Source of the DNA: Candidatus Pelagibacter sp. TMED128
Lineage (GTDB): Bacteria > Pseudomonadota > Alphaproteobacteria > Pelagibacterales > Pelagibacteraceae
Direction of reading: 5' to 3'
Assembly: GCA_002170125.1 (NCBI GenBank)
Contig: NHGD01000016.1
Location: forward strand, 1-46,345
DNA length: 46,345 nt
The first letter of the stretch is position 1; the number at the start of each line of letters is the position of its first letter. The position numbers were made by a program, and so were the translations under genes. Below the pieces are notes generated by a model. That model worked only from the letters and a program-made list of their open reading frames with translations. It did no database searches and was not told the DNA's origin. Positions 39,210 through 46,345 of this stretch are shown here, in pieces.

Positions 39210-41732
39210 ATGGAAAGAGTTAATTTTCAAGTAATTGAAAAAAAGTGGCAGGCAAAATTCATTTCGGCCAAACTGCACAATAAAAAAGGTAAAAAGTTTT
39301 ATTGTTTAGAAATGTTTCCTTATCCTTCTGGAAAAATACATATGGGCCACGTCAGAAATTATACAATTGGGGATGTCATAGCTCGTTACAAATATATGAA
39401 AGGTTTTGATGTTTTACATCCTATGGGCTGGGATGCATTTGGTCTACCTGCTGAAAATGCTGCACGATTAAACAATTTAAGACCTAAAGATTGGACGCAG
39501 AAGAATATTAAAACAATGAAAGACCAATTAAAAATGCTTGGATTATCAATTGATTGGGATCTAGAAATATCTACTTGTGATGAAAGTTATTATAAACATC
39601 AACAAGAACTATTTATTGACTTTTATAACCAGGGATTAGTTTCTAGAAAAGAAACTTACGTTAATTGGGATCCAGTAGAAAAAACTGTGCTAGCAAACGA
39701 GCAAGTTATTAACGGAAAAGGATGGAGGTCAAATGCGGTTGTCGAAAGAAAAAAGTTATCTCAATGGTTCTTTAATATTACACAATTTTCAAATGAACTT
39801 CTGGAAGATTTAGAAAAATTAACTGGTTGGCCAGATAAAGTAAGATTAATGCAAAAAAATTGGATTGGGAAATCTTTTGGCTGTGAATTAAATTTTAAAA
39901 TAATTGAGTCAGACAAAGTTTTAAAAATTTTTACAACAAGACCAGACACAATTTTTGGGGCAACTTTCATAGCTGTTTCAGTTGATCATGAAATTTGTGG
40001 AATATTTAATAAAAATAAAGATTTTGAAAAATTTAAAAACGAATGTTCTAAAATAGGTACAACAGAGGAAGCTTTAGCTAATGCAGATAAACTAGGATTT
40101 AATACAAATCTTTTTGCAGAACATCCTTTCATCAAAGGAAAAAAGATACCAATATACGTAGCAAATTTTGTATTAATGGATTACGGTAACGGTGCAATTT
40201 TTGGCTGTCCTGCTCATGACCAAAGAGATTTTGATTTTGCAAAAAAATATAAACTTCCAATTATAAAAGTTGTTTCCGATAAAGATCATTTAAATAATGG
40301 AGATAAAATGGTTGAAGCTTTTACAGGTAGTGGATCAATGATTAATTCTGAATTTTTAAATAATTTAGATATTAACGAAGCTAAAAAAAATATTATTGAA
40401 AAAATTGAAAAAATGAAAATTGGAAAAAAACAAACGTTATTTAGATTAAAAGACTGGGGTATATCTCGTCAAAGATATTGGGGTTGTCCTATACCTATGA
40501 TTTACTTAGAAGATGGTTCGGTTGTTCCCGTTGATAAAAGTGAGCTGCCTATAAAACTCCCATATGACGCTGATTTAAAATCTTCTGGTAACCCTTTAGA
40601 AAATCACCCCAGCTGGAAGAAAACAATACACAAAAAAACTGGAAAACCTGCAACTAGAGAAACTGATACTCTAGACACTTTTGTTGACTCTTCTTGGTAC
40701 TTTTTGAGGTTTTGTTCGCCTAAAAACATCAATGCTCCTTTTGATGAAGAAAAAGTCAATTATTGGATGCCAGTTGATCAGTATATTGGAGGGATAGAAC
40801 ATGCAATTTTACATTTGCTTTATTCTCGTTTTTTTATGAAGGGAATAAAAAAATGTAATAATAAAATAAAATATTCAGAACCATTTAAGAATTTGTTCAC
40901 CCAAGGTATGGTTTGCCATGAAACATATAAAGATCAAAATAATAATTGGTTATATCCAGATGAAATTGAAAAAACTTCTGAAAAAAAAGCAATAAAAAAA
41001 TCTGATGGTTCAAGTGTGAAGGTAGGTTCTTCCGAGTCCATGTCTAAATCTAAAAAAAATACAATAGATCCTGAAGTAATGATCAAACAACACGGAGCAG
41101 ACGCTGTTAGATGGTTTGTGTTATCTGATAGTCCTCCAGAAAAAGATGTTCAATGGTCTAATTCAGGGGTTGCTTCCTCAAATAAATTTCTACAAAGATT
41201 ATGGAGTTTAAATCAAAAGATTTTAAGCTTTTCTAAAAAAATAAATGATCCTAAAGAAGAAAAAAAATTTATAATTAGTATTGATCAATATGTTTTTAAA
41301 ATAGACACTGCTATAAATAATTTTCATTTAAATGTGGCAATAGCTTTATTTTATGAGGTATATAAATATTTTAATGACTCGTGTCAGTTAAATATAGGCA
41401 AAGAAACTCTAATTTCTAATATAACTAAGATAATGAAACTTATAATGCCATTTGCTCCCCATTTAGCTAGTGAATGTTTATCAAATTTAAATTGTAAAGA
41501 TTTTAACGAATGGCCTAAAATAAATAAAAAATCCTTAGAACATGCTAAAATAAATATGGTAATACAAATTAACGGCAAAACTAGGGATGTAATAAATATT
41601 AAAAGAGATTTAGAAGAAAAAGAGATTGAAAAATTAGTGATTAGCACAAAAGCTAATAAATATTTGACTGGTAAAAAAGTTGTAAAAACTATCTTTATTA
41701 AAAACAAAATTGTAAACTACATCATCAAATAG
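39210..41732 (+). CDS. leuS: leucyl-tRNA synthetase
   Basis: [49 protein letters not shown]. Confidence 0.99.
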   Translation: MERVNFQVIEKKWQAKFISAKLHNKKGKKFYCLEMFPYPSGKIHMGHVRNYTIGDVIARYKYMKGFDVLHPMGWDAFGLPAENAARLNNLRPKDWTQKNIKTMKDQLKMLGLSIDWDLEISTCDESYYKHQQELFIDFYNQGLVSRKETYVNWDPVEKTVLANEQVINGKGWRSNAVVERKKLSQWFFNITQFSNELLEDLEKLTGWPDKVRLMQKNWIGKSFGCELNFKIIESDKVLKIFTTRPDTIFGATFIAVSVDHEICGIFNKNKDFEKFKNECSKIGTTEEALANADKLGFNTNLFAEHPFIKGKKIPIYVANFVLMDYGNGAIFGCPAHDQRDFDFAKKYKLPIIKVVSDKDHLNNGDKMVEAFTGSGSMINSEFLNNLDINEAKKNIIEKIEKMKIGKKQTLFRLKDWGISRQRYWGCPIPMIYLEDGSVVPVDKSELPIKLPYDADLKSSGNPLENHPSWKKTIHKKTGKPATRETDTLDTFVDSSWYFLRFCSPKNINAPFDEEKVNYWMPVDQYIGGIEHAILHLLYSRFFMKGIKKCNNKIKYSEPFKNLFTQGMVCHETYKDQNNNWLYPDEIEKTSEKKAIKKSDGSSVKVGSSESMSKSKKNTIDPEVMIKQHGADAVRWFVLSDSPPEKDVQWSNSGVASSNKFLQRLWSLNQKILSFSKKINDPKEEKKFIISIDQYVFKIDTAINNFHLNVAIALFYEVYKYFNDSCQLNIGKETLISNITKIMKLIMPFAPHLASECLSNLNCKDFNEWPKINKKSLEHAKINMVIQINGKTRDVINIKRDLEEKEIEKLVISTKANKYLTGKKVVKTIFIKNKIVNYIIK

Positions 41733-41739
41733 TTTAAAA

Positions 41740-42213
41740 ATGAAAAAAATGAGCAAAATCCTTTTAATTTTAAGTTTTATAATCTTATCTAGCTGCGGGT
41801 TTAAAGTGGTAGACACATCAAAACTGAACAACTTTTTAATTCAAGAAGTTAAAACAATAGGAGATAAAAAAACTAGTTTTAAAATTAAAAATAATCTACT
41901 TCTCAGCTCTAAAAAAAATAATGAAAATGTTTTAATAATTAATTTAAACACAGTAAAAAAAAGAAATATTAAAGAAAAAAATATTAAAAATGAGATTACA
42001 AAATACGAAATTGTTTTAGAAGTAGAAGTTGAATTTGATCTTCTTAATAGAAACATAAATGACAAATTTACCATAAATGCGTCTGGAGATTACTTAATAG
42101 GATCTAATTATTCAACAACGCTAAATAATGAAAAAAAACTAATTGATGATTTGTCAGAAAATATTTCTGATAAAATTTTAAATAGAATTAATTTAAAAAT
42201 AAATGATATTTAA
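41740..42213 (+). CDS. lptE: LPS assembly lipoprotein LptE-like
   Basis: Lipobox LSSCGF; conserved leuS-lptE-holA order. Confidence 0.75.
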   Translation: MKKMSKILLILSFIILSSCGFKVVDTSKLNNFLIQEVKTIGDKKTSFKIKNNLLLSSKKNNENVLIINLNTVKKRNIKEKNIKNEITKYEIVLEVEVEFDLLNRNINDKFTINASGDYLIGSNYSTTLNNEKKLIDDLSENISDKILNRINLKINDI

Positions 42214-43201
42214 AAGTTACATACTAGAACAAAATATTCAATCAATCTCGAAATATAAAATTTTTTTATTCTATGGAGAAAATCAAGGTTTAAAAAAAGA
42301 ATTTAAAGAAAAAATAAAGTTTCATAACAAAGAAAAAGAAATTCTTAATCTAATACAAGATGAAATTATAAAAAATAAAGATATTTTAACAAATGAAATA
42401 AAAAACAAATCTTTATTTAATAAGGAAAAAATAGTTTTTATTAGCCAGGTAAACGATAAGATTTTAGAAATTTTAGAAGAAGTGGTGGAGGATATTAAAG
42501 AAGATAATATTATCTTATTTGCAGATGTTCTGGACAAAAAATCGAAACTTAGAAACTATTTTGAAAAGTCAAAAAATTGTGGGATAGCTCCATGCTATCA
42601 AGATAACGAAATTACTATTAGGAAAATAATCTTAGAAAAATTAAATGGTTATCAAGGGTTATCCGGTCAGATTATAAATCTTATTATTCAAAGTGCTGGT
42701 TTAGATAGAAATAAAATTAATAATGAAATCAATAAAATCATCAGTTGCTTTAAAGACAAAAAAATTGACCTAAAAAAAATTGATTTATTGCTTAATGTTA
42801 GAGAGAATGATGATTTTAACCTCCTCAAAGATGAGGCGCTAAAAGGCAATAAAATCAATACAAATAAACTGCTTGCTGACACTGTTTTTGAAATAGAAAA
42901 TAATATCTACTATTTAAATTCAATTAATCAAAGGATTAATAAGCTCAACGAAATAGAAAATATGAAAAAACAAAATTCGAATATCGAGTCAGTAATATCA
43001 AGTCTAAAACCTCCAGTATTTTGGAAGGATAAACCAATGCTAATTGAACAGACGAAAAAATGGAATAAAAAAAAAATTAAAGAAGCTTTGAAAAAAACTT
43101 ATAATACAGAAATAAAAATCAAATCGAGTTCATCAATAAGAAAAGATTTATTAATCAAGAATTTAATAATAGAATTATGTTCTACTGCTAATTCCGCTTA
43201 A
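42203..43201 (+). CDS. holA: DNA polymerase III delta subunit
   Basis: LFYGENQGL, SLF, SKLRNYFEK, CYQD, PPVFWK; follows lptE. Confidence 0.88.
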   Translation: MIFKSYILEQNIQSISKYKIFLFYGENQGLKKEFKEKIKFHNKEKEILNLIQDEIIKNKDILTNEIKNKSLFNKEKIVFISQVNDKILEILEEVVEDIKEDNIILFADVLDKKSKLRNYFEKSKNCGIAPCYQDNEITIRKIILEKLNGYQGLSGQIINLIIQSAGLDRNKINNEINKIISCFKDKKIDLKKIDLLLNVRENDDFNLLKDEALKGNKINTNKLLADTVFEIENNIYYLNSINQRINKLNEIENMKKQNSNIESVISSLKPPVFWKDKPMLIEQTKKWNKKKIKEALKKTYNTEIKIKSSSSIRKDLLIKNLIIELCSTANSA

Positions 43202-44054
43202 GTAAATTTGAAACAAGTTCAAATTGTTCTAAATCTTTATATAAAATAGTAATTTTTCCAGAGTTGTTTTTTTTATTTTGAATATTAACATTCATACCTA
43301 AATTTTGCTGAATTTTATTCTGTTCACTTAATATATTAGAATCTATTTTAATCTGACCAGATTTTTGTGGACCTTTTTTGCTTCTTACTAAAAGCTCAAC
43401 ACTTCTAGCACTTAAATTTTTTGCAACAATTTCTTCTGCAATATTTGTTGCACTTGGTAAACCTATTAATGGTCTAGCTTGCCCTGCTGTTAGATTACCT
43501 TCTTGAATTAGAGCGATAACATCCTCGGGCAAGGATAGAAGGCGCAATGTATTACTTATATGACTTCTACTTTTAGACATAAATTTAGCAATTTTTTCAT
43601 GATCATAACCAAATTCATCAGATAGTCTTTGATAACCTTTTGCCTCTTCTATAACATTAAGATCATCACGTTGAATATTTTCAACTATAGCTACTTCTAG
43701 AGATTCATTATCATCTAAGTCTAAAATGATTATTGGTACTTCATGTAAACCGGCTTTTTGCGCTGCCAACCACCTTCTTTCTCCAGCAATAATCTCAAAT
43801 CTACCTGGATCTACTTTATCCTCTCTAACGGCAATTGGCTGAATAATGCCGTTTTTTTTTATTGAATTAGCCAGTTCAGCCAGTTTTTCCTCATTAAAAT
43901 GAACTCGAGGCTGATATTTATTGGGACTTAAATCGCTTATGTTTGCTTTAAGTTTATTATAGATCTTCTTTTCTTTAATTTTAATATCTTCCTTTTGATC
44001 ACCAAAAAGTGCTGTTAAGCCCCTACCTAATCCTTTTTTTTTAAACGTTTTCAT
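43188..44054 (-). CDS. parB: chromosome partitioning protein ParB
   Basis: GLGRGL.AL, QPR..F, GERRW (CTP-binding), ENIQRDDLN, HTH KSRSHISNTLRLL. Confidence 0.97.
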   Translation of the reverse strand: MKTFKKKGLGRGLTALFGDQKEDIKIKEKKIYNKLKANISDLSPNKYQPRVHFNEEKLAELANSIKKNGIIQPIAVREDKVDPGRFEIIAGERRWLAAQKAGLHEVPIIILDLDDNESLEVAIVENIQRDDLNVIEEAKGYQRLSDEFGYDHEKIAKFMSKSRSHISNTLRLLSLPEDVIALIQEGNLTAGQARPLIGLPSATNIAEEIVAKNLSARSVELLVRSKKGPQKSGQIKIDSNILSEQNKIQQNLGMNVNIQNKKNNSGKITILYKDLEQFELVSNLLKRN

Positions 44055-44854
44055 GCTGCACTTTCTACATTAATATTTTTTTTAACCAAAAACTCGTTTG
44101 CTAATTTCAGGTAAGACTTACTACCTAAGCATGTTTTATCATAAATTACACATGGCAAACCATGTGATGGAGCTTCAGATAATCTAACATTTCTGGGTAT
44201 TACTGTTTCGTATACTTTTTCTTTAAAATAATTTCTCGCCTCCTTATCTACTTGTGAAGATAGCTTGTTTCTTTTGTCAAACATCGTGAGCAAAATTCCT
44301 CTAACTTTTAAATCTGGATTCAAATTTACCTTAATTCGATCTATAGTTTTGACCAACTGTGTTATACCTTCCAAGGCAAAGAATTCTGTTTGAAGCGGTA
44401 CCAATAATTCATCTGACGCCACTAAAGCCATAATCGTCAGTAAACTTAATGAAGGTGGGCAGTCTATAAAGATGTTATCATATTCCGATAACAAATCTTT
44501 TTTTTCCATATCTAAAATTTGTTTTAAAACAAAAGCTCTGTCAGAGTCATTTGCTGTTTCAACTTCAAGACCAGACAGGTTTACATTTGAACCTATTATA
44601 TCTAAATTTTTAATTTCTGTTTTTTGTATTGCTTCTTTCAACTTAATTTTTTTAATTAGCAAATTGTAAATATTATTTTCTTCATCATTATTAGATCTTC
44701 CCAATCCAGTTGTAGCGTTTCCTTGTGGATCTAGATCTATGATGAGATTATTTTGACCCAAAATGGACAGTGAAGTAGCTAAATTAATTACAGTAGTTGT
44801 TTTCCCTACTCCGCCCTTCTGGTTGATCACTGCAATAGTAGATCTATTCTTCAT
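44051..44854 (-). CDS. parA: chromosome partitioning ATPase ParA
   Basis: NQKGGVGKTT, DLDPQGNAT, IDCPPSL, IPRNVRLSEAPSHG. Confidence 0.98.
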   Translation of the reverse strand: MKNRSTIAVINQKGGVGKTTTVINLATSLSILGQNNLIIDLDPQGNATTGLGRSNNDEENNIYNLLIKKIKLKEAIQKTEIKNLDIIGSNVNLSGLEVETANDSDRAFVLKQILDMEKKDLLSEYDNIFIDCPPSLSLLTIMALVASDELLVPLQTEFFALEGITQLVKTIDRIKVNLNPDLKVRGILLTMFDKRNKLSSQVDKEARNYFKEKVYETVIPRNVRLSEAPSHGLPCVIYDKTCLGSKSYLKLANEFLVKKNINVESAA

Positions 44855-44855
44855 T

Positions 44856-45473
44856 TTATTTTGCCTCGACTATAATTATTTTAGAATCATAGTCTGTAAT
44901 ACTATTTTCTAAATTATAGCTATAATTTGAATCTAAAGATACATTATTTATCTCAAGCTGTGCACTTTTACCTTTCAGTACTACTATTTTATGGGGTTTT
45001 TTAACAATTTCACGTGAAATCTTGATAATCTCATTTAATTTTTTAAAGGCACGAGCGACTATTACGTCTGCTATTATTTGTTTTTCATAAACATTATTTT
45101 CAATGGACAAATTTTTAATATTTAATTTATTTTTAACATTAATGAGAAAATCCCTTTTAACTGGAGATTTCTCATATAATTTCACGTGAAAACTAGCATT
45201 ATCATTATAAATGGCAATTATAATACCAGGAAAACCACCTCCAGTTCCAAAATCAGCAATATTATTAACTTTTTTCAAGTCTAAAAACCTAATTATTTGA
45301 GCTGAGTCCAGAATATGCCTTAACCATACACTACTTTCAGTACTTTTAGAGATTAAATTGTAACGCTTATTGTACTCAAGAAGATGATTATGAAATTTTT
45401 TTAATTTTTCTATAGAATTATCTGAAAATCCTAACTTTTTTTTAAGAATTTTGATTACATCAGCCTCATTCAT
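44856..45473 (-). CDS. rsmG: 16S rRNA m7G527 methyltransferase (GidB)
   Basis: NLIS, RHILDS, DFGTGGGFPG, ARAF, LKG; lies between mnmG and parA. Confidence 0.93.
   Translation of the reverse strand: MNEADVIKILKKKLGFSDNSIEKLKKFHNHLLEYNKRYNLISKSTESSVWLRHILDSAQIIRFLDLKKVNNIADFGTGGGFPGIIIAIYNDNASFHVKLYEKSPVKRDFLINVKNKLNIKNLSIENNVYEKQIIADVIVARAFKKLNEIIKISREIVKKPHKIVVLKGKSAQLEINNVSLDSNYSYNLENSITDYDSKIIIVEAK
45006..45021. promoter_or_regulatory. parS centromere-like site 1 (inside rsmG)
   Basis: AATTTCACGTGAAATC; 14-bp perfect palindrome with the core of the parS consensus TGTTTCACGTGAAACA. Confidence 0.8.
45178..45193. promoter_or_regulatory. parS centromere-like site 2 (inside rsmG)
   Basis: AATTTCACGTGAAAAC; same TTTCACGTGAAA core, 172 bp from site 1. 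Confidence 0.8.
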
Positions 45474-46345
45474 TAAGCCGAGACTCTATTTTTTGATCTT
45501 TTAATATGCGAAAGTATCAATATAACTGCAGCCGGTGTTACTCCATCTATTCTTAGGGCTTGTCCCAGTGTGTTTGGCCTAATTTTATTTAACTTTGACT
45601 TAATTTCATTTGAAAGTCCGCTCAACAAGTCATAATTTATATTATTAGGTATAGTGATTGATTCATCTTTTTTAAAAGTTTCTATATCATGAGACTGACG
45701 ACCTAGGTATCCTAAGTAGTGAGCATCGATTTCAACCTGTTTATCTAAACTCCTATTAATAAAGGGTATTGAAGGAAATATCTGCCTTATTTTTGCCATA
45801 TTTACATTTCTTTGACCTATAACCTCTAAAGCAGATCTTTTGACTCCATCCATTGCGATTTTAATAGAATGTTTTTTTGCTTCGTTAGGCGATAAAAAAT
45901 TCGAATTTAAAGAATTGGTTAGTTGCTGTAATTTTTTTTGCTTATCTAAAAAAATATTTTTTCTTTTTTGTTGGACTAAATTAATCTTTATACCTATAGG
46001 TGATAATCTTTGGTCTGCATTATCTGCTCTAAGAGTTAATCTATATTCAGCCCTTGATGTAAACATTCGATATGGTTCCGAAACACCTTTTGTAATTAGG
46101 TCATCAATCATAACTCCTATATAAGAGTTTGATCTATTTAAAATAAATTCTTTTTCTTTTTTTACTTTTAATGCTGCATTTGCGCCAGCAACTAAACCTT
46201 GAGCTGCTGCTTCTTCATATCCAGTAGTGCCGTTGATTTGACCTGCTAAAAAAAGAGACTCAATTTTTTTAGTTTCTAGGGTGCACTTAAGCTCACGAGG
46301 ATCTACATAATCATACTCTATGGCATAACCTGCTCTTTTCATCTT
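45473..46345 (-). CDS. mnmG: tRNA uridine 5-carboxymethylaminomethyl modification enzyme MnmG (GidA), C-terminal part
   Basis: [48 protein letters not shown]; runs off the window edge. Confidence 0.98.
   Translation of the reverse strand, partial: KMKRAGYAIEYDYVDPRELKCTLETKKIESLFLAGQINGTTGYEEAAAQGLVAGANAALKVKKEKEFILNRSNSYIGVMIDDLITKGVSEPYRMFTSRAEYRLTLRADNADQRLSPIGIKINLVQQKRKNIFLDKQKKLQQLTNSLNSNFLSPNEAKKHSIKIAMDGVKRSALEVIGQRNVNMAKIRQIFPSIPFINRSLDKQVEIDAHYLGYLGRQSHDIETFKKDESITIPNNINYDLLSGLSNEIKSKLNKIRPNTLGQALRIDGVTPAAVILILSHIKRSKNRVSA

Noticed and set aside
1-46345. tRNA/rRNA genes, riboswitches (for example SAM near metK), IS elements, prophage genes, DnaA-box clusters, CtrA boxes
   Set aside because: No intergenic space or recognisable structure for them: metK overlaps lnt at its start, and TTAA-N7-TTAA matches are expected by chance here. 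A covariance-model search would be needed to exclude small RNAs.

Overview
Very AT-rich, extremely gene-dense alphaproteobacterial chromosome segment. Gene order, near-zero intergenic spacers and protein sequences point to a SAR11 (Candidatus Pelagibacter-like) genome, probably near the replication origin (mnmG-rsmG-parA-parB with two parS palindromes). Most of it is housekeeping: fabA(partial)-fabB-fabI; tsaB-fur-miaB-phoH-ybeY-lnt-metK-nusA-infB-rbfA-rpsO-pnp; murJ-trpS-nfuA; maeB; rsmI/LpoA-like; rdgB; grpE-dnaK-dnaJ-dapB-nth-pfkB; yggS; a porin; leuS-lptE-holA. I found no tRNA, rRNA, CRISPR array or mobile element. The best leads are: (1) a 171-aa protein directly after fabA-fabB-fabI that looks like a stripped-down malonyl-CoA decarboxylase, with TLSP and FHLxNGA motifs; (2) a 35-aa ArfA-like ribosome rescue peptide missed by the ORF track, lacking the regulatory C-terminal tail and coupled to a CenR-like regulator with a degenerate receiver domain; (3) a missed 55-aa two-helix membrane protein inside the dnaK-dnaJ-dapB run; (4) a rimP-leader-type attenuator in front of nusA although rimP is absent; (5) several divergent gene pairs with no intergenic space. 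All family assignments come from motif recognition by eye; no database search was run.
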